Shown here piece by piece: positions 43,901-51,922 of a stretch of 64,000 nucleotides of DNA. A program made the position numbers and the translations under genes. Below the pieces are notes generated by a model. It was given only the letters and a program-made list of their open reading frames with translations. It searched no databases and was not told the origin of the DNA. Every line of letters begins with the position of its first letter. Position 1 is the stretch's first letter. The stretch is from assembly GCA_004764695.1 (NCBI GenBank), contig SMSO01000034.1, forward strand, positions 62,001-126,000, written 5' to 3'. The stretch comes from Schizochytrium sp. TIO01 (lineage: Eukaryota > Protista > Bigyra: Labyrinthulomycetes).

Positions 43901-46900
43901 AAACCTTCGTGTGGTTGTAATATTGGTAAAGAGCCATCGTTGGCAACTTCCATATCATAATCAGTACGCACGTTTTTCCAGCGAGCAGAAGCAAACCGGT
44001 AAGCGTCAAGAGCACTGATGGAGGGAAAGTCTGCATCTCGCTTTAAGACTTCTTGTAAAGTTTGGTCAGATACAGAGAACACTGCCATTGCAGTTTTGAC
44101 ACGTGCAAGGCGCTTCTTACCGTATACAAATCGTGGATGCCCGGCCGCTACTGCAAGGGGATGGGCCAGGGGTTTCTTTGAAGGGTTTGGTGCAACTTTG
44201 CGCAGTTTGGCATACACAGGGTCTGCATCAGAAGCGTCTAGATCAACCTTGCTTGTGGTCAATGGTTGAAACAAACTTATGCTGGCATCTGGTACCTCTG
44301 TATTTGCCGTGCTTGCTGTTGCTCCTGTGACTCCTGTTACTGTTGTCGTTGCTGTTGCAGCACCTGAGGACTTATGTTTGCTCTTTTTCGAACCGCTTTC
44401 TTGAAACAACGGCGCTTGAACATCGAGTAGGGACGTGCATTCTTCGAGTGATAATTCTCGTAGAGTATTTTCACCCTCCGGTTCTTGATTTTCGAGAAAC
44501 CTTGCTACGTCCAACACAATTTTGCCAATGAGACGTTGCCGACCATATGATTCATCATAAAGATGTACTCGAACTTGAACATCCAAGGATGAAGTAAAGA
44601 AAATGCACTGAGAACCCCAGGTAACCTTATCTGAGGTGCTTGCAATGATGGGAGTTCGAAAAATCTGGCCATTACACTCAACTTGCGTAAAAATACCTGC
44701 ACTGAGCTTGCTGCTATTTCGATGTGATGATGACCCGCTAAGTTTTGCAAGACTGGGAAGGTATGACGCCTGGTCTAGATCAATCCGCACTAGGTACTTG
44801 GCCTTGCTTTGCACAAGTCGTGTCCAGATCATACGAGGATTGCGAAGCATTGCGCCCGCGCGAAGTGGTGATTTAACTCCGCCTTCGTCACGGTCCGATG
44901 ATCTGAGACGAGAGGAGCCTTTCACAAATGAGTCTGCGGCCTCATAAATCGCATGCATCTGGGCCATTTGCAAATCACCACGGATCTTCCCAGCATCCGC
45001 CTTCATGGAGGAACTGTATGCCACCAGGGGGGCCATGCACACGCCTTGATCTCGCCCGTAAAGCCATTGTATGCTGTACGCACCTCCATCCCACAGTAAG
45101 CAACCTTGCAGGGGGTTTCCTAGCCCATTCTCACGGACAGGGCGCTTCAGACGTCGACGTTTAGACGCTGCCATTCGTGGCTCGAGGAATCGTGGGTATG
45201 GATATGACGAGGAAGAACCTTTGTTGGTTAGACGCTGACGTCTATGTTTGCGTGAGGTGGTTTCTGATTGGGAGGCACCATCATATTCACGACTTCGTCC
45301 CGAGGAACGAAACGCATGAGTGCTGTGCATTGAGTTTGCTGATCTATCGAAATGCCGCCGTGTCCATTCCCCATGACCTAAGTCTACCGGAGTCACAGGC
45401 GAAGTGGCATGGCCTTGGGGGCTGTTACTCCCTGCGATATCATCATTGCTTGTTTGAAACGAAGAGTGTGCCGAAGTGATACTAGTATCCCAGGCAAAGC
45501 TATCCGATCCATGCAAACCACGCATATCAAGAATTGGGCTATCACTTGCGGCAGCTACCGCTGCAGCGGCAGCGGCCGCAGCTGCTGCATTCACGGAGGT
45601 CGACAGACCTTGATTAGATTCTGACGGCATTTGTGCAGTTCCTAATGCATGAGATGACGGACATTGGAGCCGTACATGATTGATGCGGATGTCCAAATCC
45701 ATGTAACGATCGTAGTTATAGCGCATGTCAAGAACGAATTTGTTTGTCAAAAGCGTTACTGTACTATGGTCGGCATCTTGAATATCACCCTGTGCATTGA
45801 GGCACGGTTGCAAGCAAATAGGTAGTTGAACTGAGCCATCTGTTACATGCAAGCCAAAACGTAATTCAAATTCATTCGATGGAGAACGAAGAATGATGTT
45901 GTCTGCAAGAGTCCAATTTTGAAATGCTACACGAGACCGCAAGTTCCGGTTTCCGCAAGCCGCAAAATCATCAGGTGTAATGAGAAACATTGAACCGCCA
46001 AAGTAGTTAGCTTGGAAATTCACGAACGCATCAATAGCCTCTGGAAGAGCAAGGATCTTAGGGTGCATGAAATGTAGATTCACTTTGAGTAGATCTGTGT
46101 TTTCCCCTACCTCGTTGTGGTAGACATACCGTCCCTCAATGTCAAGTCGATCAAAAGTTAAGATACGTGGGTCTCTCCACGAGATCTTATTCTCGGCCAT
46201 TGCAGGCCGCGGGTGTACTACCTTGCGTCGTGGATGATCAACAGGTAGCCTGAGGGTGGCTGCACAGGTAGATGCCCATGTATTTGCTGCTTTAATGTTT
46301 TCAAAACTCAGAGTCCAGGTGAATTCCTCGCGCAACGCTTCAAACTCTGTGGTTCGCATTTCGGAGCGGAAATGAACCTTTGGAACATCCACATCAACAA
46401 TGTGATTAAAAGAGTCATCAGACAATGTACCAACCACATTTTTCTCATTCACATTGAGAATCCAGTTGACTCGGTCCATATCAGCCTGTATACTGTAGGT
46501 AATAGGCGTGAAAAATTCCAGTTTCTGAGCCTCTTCGCTTTGTGGTTTAGAGGTCCAGTCCGTCACAAAATCCATGATGCAATTTACATTCTCACGAACA
46601 AAGCGGACCTCGGAACGCTTCATAGTTTGGTTTATAGACCACATCTGACGACCGTTCCACTGATTAGAGTAAAGAATGCTCGTGCGCATCTTGTACTCCA
46701 TACTGCGCAGCATTTCGGACTGGGTTACAGAGGATCGCAACACTGGTTTTTTCATGGTAAGCTCGATAATTGTTTCATACCCAGACTCACTTGTAGACAC
46801 AAGCGGGATACTCACGGTCATACGAGAATCATCCCCAATATCTAGGTCGAGCCAACCACACGCGGCACTATGCGCTTTGGCATATGACAATGGACCGCTA

Positions 46901-49900
46901 TAGCCAGTGTCTGTTTCGTCAATGCTTGATGATTCTTGCCCAGAGGAGTCGCTTGGACGAGCACGACCTGGGCCTCCGTTCTCCAAGCTTGGCCATTGAC
47001 TATCCATTCCTTCTCGTTGAAGCACTACAGGGGGGTCATCCATGGTGTCTTCTTCAAAATCTCCATCCGTCATTGTCGCTGAAGATTGAGGTAACAAGAA
47101 CGACTTCAAGTTCGCCTCGAACTCCGCAGGAAAGCGAGCAAGGTTATCATGCATGACACGTTTCATTTCTTGGATTTGTGGGTGGTCATACCCATATTGT
47201 TCAGATAGTTCGTGAATTAGATCCTCCTCGGCGCCAACAGATTGACTTACTCGTTGCCTAGATTCGTCCGCTGAGTTGGCCTTCTTCATACCAAACAGGA
47301 AGGCCACGAAACGATTCTCGAACTCATGAGCGATGGGAAGATACCTGACTACTTCATCAATGTCGTCAGTTGCAGGGCAACTTGGGCAAAGGGTGCGTAG
47401 ATGCGCCGAGACCTTGCGTTCGCGACCTGCATAACGAACCCAAAGCTCGCGAGCCCACTCTTCTGCGTCACGCTGCGTGCCAGCTTTTACAACGACTTTG
47501 TCTTCGTTTTCGGGAGCCGAAATATAAACAGTTGCACGTAATAAATGGCTCTGGTACTCCGCGATCGTGGCGAGTGCGGACTGGGCCTCGGTACTCTTTG
47601 CAAGCATCGATCGGGTACTGACTGGAAGATGTACTATCCAACCTGTTGCAAGCGAACGACCAACACGAAGTGGGCGATTAGGGAAGCTTCCATGTGTCGA
47701 AATCGAAGACTGACTCAAATTTCGTGGCCCGCGAGAATTGTAAGACGCCATAGCAGCTGCAGAAGCAGAAGTAGCGGTACTGCTAATACCATTTTGGATA
47801 CCTCCGCGAAGAGAGCCGCCCTCGTCCAGGGTTTGCATGCTGCCAAGCCGATCACTATTTTCATTTGATTCATAATACATGTTACCCATAGTAGCCGAGG
47901 TAAGGCTGTCAAGCCGTCCACCTCCACCTGAAAAGGCTGCAAATGATGTTTGGCGATGCTTCTGCTCAGTTTTCATCTCCGAAGCACGCGCAAAGGCATC
48001 GAGGTGCTGTTGAATGGTTGACCATACATTTACGTTCGAAGCATTTTCGCCATTTTTTGTACCATCATACCACCCCGTGTGACGCACACGGTATGGCATG
48101 CGAATGCTACTACGCCCTTTGAAAAATACATTGGCCTCAAGGAATAAAGGGACGCGCGGTTCTCCTGCGCGGTAGGGGTGGTAAATGGGTGTTTCTTGAA
48201 ATTCAACAGGCCAGAATCGTTGCAGAAATTGGCTTCTCTCTTTGTCTGCCCAAGGCCCATAGGTAATGATAGTTTGCGAATCTTCAGAAGAGGAGCCCAA
48301 GTAAATGTTCAAGGAGAATTCAGGCTGCTGCTTTCCATCAAAGCTCTCGATCTGCTCATGGGTTACCGGACCCGGTTCGTCAAACTTGTACACAAACTCA
48401 AGGCGGTTTGTGACAAGAAGGTCGGGCTCCTCCTGTGCTCCAGTTTTCAAGCCGCTTGAGTCTGCCGAAGTAGATTTGCGTTTACGTCTGCGAGAGGCCT
48501 TCCGAGCGCTTGTTTCAAAAAGTGGGTTTCTTTCTAAAAATGATTTGCGAGGTCTCATTCGAGCATCATTTTGAACACCGTGTTTCCGACGTCGAAACAT
48601 ACGAGAAATGCCCCACAACCCGATTGAAGACTCACCGTTGTGGTGGTGATATTGTTTCGAGTCACCAAACCCCACAAAACGGGCCATTTCGCGGTCCTCA
48701 TCGTCCTCATCCTCCGCAGACTGGTCTTCCGAGTCATACTCCCGTGGAGATTCCACAGGGTATCGCCCTGACATACGTGCCGAAGAGGATCTGCGACGAG
48801 AAGAGCCCCCTACCGCACTGCCGCTTCCAGTGGCGCCAAAACTATGGGTTGATGCTACCTCGATTCCAGAATCATTGGAATCAGAAGAATCATATCTCGA
48901 GAGTGTAGTGCTCGCGTGGCCCAGAGACCCTCTTCTTACATTATTTGAGTTCCTCATTAAGTTTTTTATTTTCCCAAAAGCATCATCGAGGCTATTACGA
49001 CGAGGCCCACGGTGCGGAGTCATTTCCCCACTACGATTGCGCTCGTCTTCAGGATAGTTGTCACCGTAGAGATCATCATCATCGTCTGATGGCTCTACAT
49101 CAGAAGCCCTGCGACGTCTCGAGCTACTTCGTGCATCACTTTCATCTTCTTCGTCTTCGTCTTCGTCCTCGTCCTCGTCCGTGCTATGCCGATGCGGCCC
49201 TTTACCAACGAGTGCTGCAAGGCGGGGAGTTCGAGGCACGTGCGGAGATGATGCGTCAGACGTTGGCGTGATAGGTTCATCCGAGCCAATTCCTAAAACA
49301 CTTGCGCGGTGCTTTGACCCGCGGTAGTCAGTCATGGTAATTTCTGAAAACAATTCACGAAAAAAGTTTACGACTGCGCGGCCACCACGCTCCAATAGAT
49401 CGTCGTCTTCAATTGGGTGTCGCTCCATCAGACGCTGAGTTCCTACGTATTCCTCATTTTTGACGAGACGGAGCCGCGTATTGGTCCACACCAATCGACT
49501 TACGACCTTAAATCGATCCATTTCGAATGTTGGTTCCTCAACATAGTGAATACCGAGACCCTTTTCTGCGTGCATGATAAGTGTTGTGCGTAAACTTGGA
49601 TCTGACACATAAATACAAAATTGAGAAAGTTCAAATCGTGATATTGGGAAAACATGATAGAACCACGGGTTCTCCTCAGTGTACGTGGAGTTCACACTGG
49701 CTTCGTCGTCAACAGCGTACACAGACCCCTCGCGTTGGTCATCACTCATGTGAATATTTGTATCCAGACGCATTGCAGGAGGACCCCCATGAGCTCCATT
49801 TTGTGCAGAAGCAGAACCGTCGGCACCGTCTCTGTCCCGTGATGAAAGAGGGCCTTGGGGCGGCGATCCCAGCTTTGAGGTTGCATAGCTTTGGGCTGAT

Positions 49901-51195
49901 GAAGATGATCTAGAGCGAGAGCCGAGACAAGGACAGCAGTAATAACAGCACGATATTACACGACGACAGAAGGAGGGTTTCCCTTTAGACCTAGTCCTGC
50001 CAAGTCTTGACTGATTGGAATTGCCAAGGCCACTCTCCATAGCATCGAGGTCTGTAGCCGAGGGTTCACGAGTTGGAATTGGCATATACCGTGTGAGGAA
50101 CGTTTCAATCGCGTTGAACTTCTCAACATTATTAAATACACTAAGTTCAACACCTGAGACATAACCTGTAAGGCGTGGGGGGCGTTCATCAACCACTCGT
50201 GAGCGCGCTCGTTTTTTGCCACTTTGTGTTTGGCCCAATGCGTGAGTGGCAGCTGCCTTGGCAGTTTTCGATGATCGCGACCAGCGATTTGAATAAGATG
50301 CGTCAGTATCTCCTTCAGACGAACCACCCTGATCCGTGTCTTCTTTGGAAAGGAAGAACGCAGCCGGATCCTGCATGATACCGTCTGAAGAAAGCCACCA
50401 ACGAACGCTAACGCCACCCTCTACAATTCGCAGATGAATATTTGCGGACGCGTATTCAAGCTCCTCAAAGGTAACGCGTCCGCCAAAGAGCGCAATGCGA
50501 AGAGAGCTTATTCGAAGTGCTGCTGAGAATGGGTCAGACTTATTTGGTTTGAGAACAAATGTATTGATCATCCGGCAAAGCGTCCATGCAGTAATTGCTG
50601 GAGCAATGCGTACCGTGAGAATAATAGAGAAGCCAAGCATAAAATTCCAAAACAAGTATCCAATAGGTAACCCAGTGCTACCCCAGTAAACTTCCGCGAG
50701 CTCGTCCCAAAAGTTCCTTGCCTCACAAACCTGTGCACCGCTCGATAGCTCTCTTACTACACATGACTCTGGGCATCCATGCGGGTATGCAATGGAGTAA
50801 TTTAGCTTCACGTCACATGGGTCCTCACCATCTGTGGAGCTGATGGACTGGCAAGATTGGATACCCGTAGTGGAGGTTGCCACCTCGCAATTTGTATTTG
50901 ATGTGCACGTCGAGACATCAAGAGCCGAACATAATTCTGCTGTACTTTGAGCATTTGCAGGGGCGCTCCACTGCCCCAGGAGGATACCAATCATGAGAAG
51001 GACCATAGTTCCGCCTCGTTGTATCCATAAGCCTCGCCGGAAGGTCATTTTCTCGTTTTGTGATGTGTGTTTGCCGCAATCAGCGTTCTTCAAGTGTGGT
51101 TCAAATCTTCTATTTCGACTGAGATCTTCGGTTTCAATTCCTCCTTGTTCACATTGGTGACTCCTTTCGTAATATGGCACCATCACGCGTCCCAT
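31909..51195 (-). CDS. BLTP1: Bridge-like lipid transfer protein 1 (BLTP1/KIAA1109/Tweek/Csf1 family), ~6400 aa, single open frame
   Basis: An N-terminal TM is followed by LRISSLRIALFGGRVTFEELEY...IVEGGVSVRWW (Csf1_N-like). Also ITYGPWADKERSQFLQRFWP, YSNQWNGRQMW, FFTPITYSI, WILNVNEKNVV, and C-terminal FVFNPQVSVLGDAT (FSA_C-like). The ORF-track start at 51228 is a TTG. The first ATG is 51195; the ATG at 51048 gives a better signal peptide. Confidence 0.88.
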   Translation of the reverse strand: MGRVMVPYYERSHQCEQGGIETEDLSRNRRFEPHLKNADCGKHTSQNEKMTFRRGLWIQRGGTMVLLMIGILLGQWSAPANAQSTAELCSALDVSTCTSNTNCEVATSTTGIQSCQSISSTDGEDPCDVKLNYSIAYPHGCPESCVVRELSSGAQVCEARNFWDELAEVYWGSTGLPIGYLFWNFMLGFSIILTVRIAPAITAWTLCRMINTFVLKPNKSDPFSAALRISSLRIALFGGRVTFEELEYASANIHLRIVEGGVSVRWWLSSDGIMQDPAAFFLSKEDTDQGGSSEGDTDASYSNRWSRSSKTAKAAATHALGQTQSGKKRARSRVVDERPPRLTGYVSGVELSVFNNVEKFNAIETFLTRYMPIPTREPSATDLDAMESGLGNSNQSRLGRTRSKGKPSFCRRVISCCYYCCPCLGSRSRSSSSAQSYATSKLGSPPQGPLSSRDRDGADGSASAQNGAHGGPPAMRLDTNIHMSDDQREGSVYAVDDEASVNSTYTEENPWFYHVFPISRFELSQFCIYVSDPSLRTTLIMHAEKGLGIHYVEEPTFEMDRFKVVSRLVWTNTRLRLVKNEEYVGTQRLMERHPIEDDDLLERGGRAVVNFFRELFSEITMTDYRGSKHRASVLGIGSDEPITPTSDASSPHVPRTPRLAALVGKGPHRHSTDEDEDEDEDEEDESDARSSSRRRRASDVEPSDDDDDLYGDNYPEDERNRSGEMTPHRGPRRNSLDDAFGKIKNLMRNSNNVRRGSLGHASTTLSRYDSSDSNDSGIEVASTHSFGATGSGSAVGGSSRRRSSSARMSGRYPVESPREYDSEDQSAEDEDDEDREMARFVGFGDSKQYHHHNGESSIGLWGISRMFRRRKHGVQNDARMRPRKSFLERNPLFETSARKASRRRKRKSTSADSSGLKTGAQEEPDLLVTNRLEFVYKFDEPGPVTHEQIESFDGKQQPEFSLNIYLGSSSEDSQTIITYGPWADKERSQFLQRFWPVEFQETPIYHPYRAGEPRVPLFLEANVFFKGRSSIRMPYRVRHTGWYDGTKNGENASNVNVWSTIQQHLDAFARASEMKTEQKHRQTSFAAFSGGGGRLDSLTSATMGNMYYESNENSDRLGSMQTLDEGGSLRGGIQNGISSTATSASAAAMASYNSRGPRNLSQSSISTHGSFPNRPLRVGRSLATGWIVHLPVSTRSMLAKSTEAQSALATIAEYQSHLLRATVYISAPENEDKVVVKAGTQRDAEEWARELWVRYAGRERKVSAHLRTLCPSCPATDDIDEVVRYLPIAHEFENRFVAFLFGMKKANSADESRQRVSQSVGAEEDLIHELSEQYGYDHPQIQEMKRVMHDNLARFPAEFEANLKSFLLPQSSATMTDGDFEEDTMDDPPVVLQREGMDSQWPSLENGGPGRARPSDSSGQESSSIDETDTGYSGPLSYAKAHSAACGWLDLDIGDDSRMTVSIPLVSTSESGYETIIELTMKKPVLRSSVTQSEMLRSMEYKMRTSILYSNQWNGRQMWSINQTMKRSEVRFVRENVNCIMDFVTDWTSKPQSEEAQKLEFFTPITYSIQADMDRVNWILNVNEKNVVGTLSDDSFNHIVDVDVPKVHFRSEMRTTEFEALREEFTWTLSFENIKAANTWASTCAATLRLPVDHPRRKVVHPRPAMAENKISWRDPRILTFDRLDIEGRYVYHNEVGENTDLLKVNLHFMHPKILALPEAIDAFVNFQANYFGGSMFLITPDDFAACGNRNLRSRVAFQNWTLADNIILRSPSNEFELRFGLHVTDGSVQLPICLQPCLNAQGDIQDADHSTVTLLTNKFVLDMRYNYDRYMDLDIRINHVRLQCPSSHALGTAQMPSESNQGLSTSVNAAAAAAAAAAVAAASDSPILDMRGLHGSDSFAWDTSITSAHSSFQTSNDDIAGSNSPQGHATSPVTPVDLGHGEWTRRHFDRSANSMHSTHAFRSSGRSREYDGASQSETTSRKHRRQRLTNKGSSSSYPYPRFLEPRMAASKRRRLKRPVRENGLGNPLQGCLLWDGGAYSIQWLYGRDQGVCMAPLVAYSSSMKADAGKIRGDLQMAQMHAIYEAADSFVKGSSRLRSSDRDEGGVKSPLRAGAMLRNPRMIWTRLVQSKAKYLVRIDLDQASYLPSLAKLSGSSSHRNSSKLSAGIFTQVECNGQIFRTPIIASTSDKVTWGSQCIFFTSSLDVQVRVHLYDESYGRQRLIGKIVLDVARFLENQEPEGENTLRELSLEECTSLLDVQAPLFQESGSKKSKHKSSGAATATTTVTGVTGATASTANTEVPDASISLFQPLTTSKVDLDASDADPVYAKLRKVAPNPSKKPLAHPLAVAAGHPRFVYGKKRLARVKTAMAVFSVSDQTLQEVLKRDADFPSISALDAYRFASARWKNVRTDYDMEVANDGSLPILQPHEGFYRRSSVTNSQGNGVGNSSNVNVGGGSGSGINSTSYSIYNNTTNGNGANSSFYNGSRASVNSMMGPRNARDIEFGASSQATETNSEPEYAYESSQYGTQFDDAIIGGHNPSRTLDQGIFDSLLDEDRVRLQEKLYSRSTTSVVLGGLDVTLWMPSGKSLFSFGISPFELRGDSLIDEKKAWFIQSLEELSLTLRHLSRADKPSERRSKTSSPKHAYRQNPSYARYVESSMYFNPYASGSGTVEDLLDTWVQVGLLQGAARICLEGRIPNLEVEALEQKIFWDTYNEVREQQVRQFNDVTASLVLPIESQLFKVDYKYGLQLCGFNYKSLEVPESEGVTPVDNSCASSSSENDGEHDYDVEEKEVLTDASSDVNQSTLQVETKDLDPTQELYNSLERSESAHFFSPEPSGNLSDDNASFCSARSSWHSGTSLGSKNIASHERLFEHQSSDPPMMTPKESSVSSSGSSSSSSSSSSSSSSSSSSSGSSSSFSDSSSSSLTSSSSGSDLSSSSSGSSSGHSSSSSSPTPAPPPLLPHHTKRRNSRRKNRHAIQPEDSSLDGYQSSSEESMSDKSSESVDSRNYFERRGLRSENEDTSPLLFVAADLKSYTSSTQSSNQVEVANLAPYLEHFDLETRQFSMHEFPTTSYGGRSNPLNLASSFRQGVLRGNVGESQVQFTSISSLGGGSCMLPVDSGKPFSKRSLYQDYMDETDDHTGERSDDNKSIEDAMHSQILRVDACRIIDVFATPQAIREMEQVMLAYYPVAPNMDQMLNFFEKSYMSTPGASQTSAGPDVGEMVSSSLRVSVKIEGINLRLLHTCIPFFERERKSKSQQPNEEAGDKATSQVPGQQKPGDRQNDRRRRGRPGREKPVPYLLQACSRQISIVMVQKIGESSQFALGGATAVAGLPRKNELTSNIHAAMAVSNIDSERRIKIALHDFEVRLGILHASSIVRNFDTANQRPRASTLFLKNVCNLASFGVHELRANGYTTTPRLDKADATKADSAFNMHLDVLRMQCASDAVHAIYNTAYVWVQAVQSLYEARTGIYFRRQHQWALLAGQVLKLAIRLDSLDARDLHTEHEKVQSLVETCPLEEWRQYNTGEVNLTSVLIMDLFRRIACFVPEYEHLNQEIANCQLDRNAHLNPIPLDILAGVGVYMEDFFENGIAAALPGTSTFFREVLEGCTERAAPQKLASVSRKPEGLELSVSVRGIDMKVYISKLAPQRQSMAGVFQQGHWSAPSSAQVPQDAGTGVARDLDVTSSINNGSLGESTKQHAEHQPSASSPKREWNTIVMIPARYISMDCAFAGTSVTMHKIVFENQRKKMRRPQRQMQIKEEGAVPWLYDIEFNITAKTDRTWLSISPEIVRAVSAVQAVVHQSGAVLSDYYYRRRLAAHLHEQEVSTIRRNEDMAPVNGLNPFNNRIFDAQFEQYTEPIDFGSYQAPRTSRFTQLPSSIDLSIPFAQARQSAHKNVGGNVGIAVGQGGSFADAIGELDLPDQRQESFRGGFTRPYSSSVSNEGPDKKSNDGSRRRGSVMAGFQRRDGADLQITSPNTSSILRTETFGASTGPAVPPQPGTRSRRYDGSRPQSMDLPRNIMSPLRTSLFHTVESDGLPTSSSANGSSRKMQIDAQDSFRSDASPDGDNDAETPVTTEQISIFFSTTIGEVDCEVQSSAMEPNRNESNVSNDGEETRAVAQLRDFTFGWSRYSGLLTKRTERAMRLEDRKSDSEDHSSHTNGTANNNNKGQTQDSSGPPPSGMGDSASSNAADTGRLRGRLRDFVLLDVKECVGKIVGAKRPSAKSSKHRASRLWEIKGVLGGLCVNVMLAVANSRATLGLGDEHLTDVQVLWAMSEASGKVPLHAIDHRRLHDLVDAWAFAYREAAEKWKVYAAANMEPVWPSPSPPATASFAVNNNAHTSQSQKGHNSQAKKKQYRSSTMSPLSRIAAEVRASRRSKRDKKAKRARRRSIQEHIEALANKAAVLDAEASGLVKVRYSVVVRIRNLSTLLQPHSKLLMTYEMESITLTLRKLPNGQLDTQLHLSRSQVAFDKRRRAIGSSETGSLGSSHGAAPEVSFEQSLPCVWIHACLAASNRRLPVSFNHRDEDEASEQHEPLHSAHSRDEEDDYGFMDSTRNVKPRHRKSYSLESVSLNSEPGSRRSGSTLPQVRIPGLGGVLQGKQDDQELVLRLRVVVEPICNSFTPDIVEQFLILQTGLASEINMLLATVSRVSASFAKSSKSRQSKKEQRRATKEEKRSNNNAPDKLESTIHEQASTAQEKLANNDLSVENDGDNFRDLSGKMRRRPPLHVDTRMRRSGSTRSGRRKVHKNGSRLNMISTVTEEPEEHHYDQVSKPLRPMRYVLVFMLGGVSLTAHADEDDREGARRPYAHVNTGKFELLVKSGLARDFATPHEHEVSDALILENKEMVWFATVHFRGLQCSLKQRRGQDRVLFDAKTDLKILYDPRSSIQRFAGHNDDMASVARSAWNQTCTVTVNNTRVEIQPGFIDSGQILTDDYLQALRMYRYMRANEKVGGEVSRRGSEVSGDAMPNKFEQMDRYVQLVWKNVRDPIRSELTHRRTYLQALRRLAVNVGIDNTMILFPFKSPSGGPAAGIIFMEQLRCRSYVDNLITALFDHLSEGESVESLHRRIQKSSHRLYASLNTPEESSQTSEAGSGPTPMMRQRESSLLGTIICQEVKICVTSDHKSVSCLGLSGNFDESLISPPVGVAVRSNRPKLEQKMTTIECVRQVYNASPLRGKLSSITCSLGGNSQSTEVRLVLSSTLSGPDIFVSVGHMPLLAGLVATHWVGVNQASNEATIQRNKSHSDFNPVPHDYNTAASSTVRAAERSGGDGGPEDEGLFPTWFKIKPYRTKIEITARVLQGPGILFGTPLRPQLQQRIPVPSLSLTTFISRDWEETPWPARLAPSDSADEPTTQARSQTAGSRRRASSSTSVPHNVAGMRGRTPSTTHFHLDGVDEVSSPSLEVGAFYEPVTEINSKIEVDIPDMPVTPLLLLTLQHLLKHLDDYRQGKYPPTGFNRPAGEDSKESDFDEDTGDGMSIDMSHIAAHDDLHENISDQESEGNGGISEAPISLRSNVSWNVLVHISPFEASSKFSALSTGDDVDATIVITQGVEVSWSSGMMRMREDDEEADQFVLECVSVNVPTIELVINRASHFSKGMVHSLQAQVNRAHGLMQLPVVVSYFDIERVDVDASVWSMDKLFGVQYGWQRDWLEAEGLLTAAFAASEPSITSSSVYSHAQIAPGDYKLVGQHSSSQLFADSAGGRGLSDLPDDLGGSQEVDSDIDLDDEFMLGSLVAERRKPLATMMVQARVASVEVLVDLGMLHSKMRFRASGLATRYFQPEKRANETEVETTHLYLDMRSVIVQFDGRLEGGMRLDSGLVVHLMRDSQNMPSLEELMNHPSYISANEFKRYQESGPAPINEWQQWMKRKRALNHCVFRMRDQLCAQMSLVFGNDATRQRTMLFSFDSHDFSVYISEVIPENNVCTQLVSVYSSMLDLQASSEMVPILLKLMNTMREQVSDAKKATRPKFLSETASRRLATRRHLSRDSGGTTNDDSRNHASQELSGADNATTRSLKAIGTIYFEIGRFDISVVHGVLNDVRRSAAAAISIDRSAKFSLEIEKRRHTLVRELVVELHGKCDVTRFQKLLVKSDLTTVGMFGSDQTWAQRPTATSGATNSATSTVSTSLRSGKDGGSVNPNETSRRDGDKSVDGSSRASTDGGDGQNGIDSNAGNADTSKGTLSSSPGGSQNTDAASSLPSLDTKRHQKGRKRIRGIFGLPPLKIRMETIQNLISPDRSLVREKVVGAQKYFHLLPSMEYVFHSEFTGPLNTTTDIRDLTYLREIAQSCTRNLTGHTGRFPTVHGDMNGTGASMPGSKDQGAGNSGTDGAGGAEGSGSGSSTSEPRRIFKPNTNEREPFVFNPQVSVLGDATTIALNLAMSQLDLNKEKLPEKTHVALTDNLEAVLAVVHDGLRGMDRAFGDRDPPR

Positions 51196-51833
51196 TCGGA
51201 GGAGGGGGGGGCGTTCAGGATTGCTCAACTTTTTTTTGTTTCAATAGTACTTGCTCTGCAACTGCGCTAGAATATCTTTTCATGTAAGCTCCACTTCAGG
51301 CGTTTCTTGAACTCTGTGTTTCTAGTTTATGTTTTCAAGTTTCCAGGCGAGGTCAGTTTACAAGACCCCAATCTCGTTTTCGAAATAGCGGTCGGCCAGC
51401 TGGGGTTGGAAAGGCTGCTCCGTGCCAAGAAATGCCAAACCACGCAAGTGTGCGGTCGTAGTTCGTCCCCGCCAGCGTGTCCGCGGCGCTGACCTCTCTC
51501 GAAGCCCGCTACAGCGCCTTGGAGGTCCCAGAGAGAACTCTATTTGCTGCTCGCTCCGCTCGGTCCGTGAACTCCGCCGTGGAGACCGAAAAAACGAAAC
51601 ACATTCAATTCACAATTAGGCCTAAATAAACCATACTAAAGTACACTCAGAGATGTTAGTATGTAGTACTGGCTATGTATAGTACTAAGAGTCTGGCATT
51701 CGTTGAGTGCAAATAAGCAAACAACTTTAAGAAGAGGCACCATATGATGAATGCAAAAATAGCCAAGACCAGGGTTTAGATCCAGGCGAGTTATTCGTTT
51801 ATGTTTGAGCTCTAGCTCATCTATTTCGAATAA

Positions 51834-51922
51834 GCATTTGCATTTGCATTTGCATCATTTGCATTTGCATTTGCATTTTTATCTGCATTTGCATTTGCAT
51901 TTCCATTGCATTCGAATTCGAA
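51834..51922. repeat. (TTGCAT)n hexamer microsatellite ending in TTCGAATTCGAA, in the divergent BLTP1/cyclophilin intergenic region
   Basis: gcatttgcatttgcatttgcatcatttgcatttgcatttgcatttttatctgcatttgcatttgcatttccattgcattcgaattcgaa. Confidence 0.9.

Noticed and set aside
31946-51270. Dozens of short ORFs within BLTP1
   Set aside because: Off-frame or antisense fragments nested in a 19-kb CDS; none shows a domain signature.
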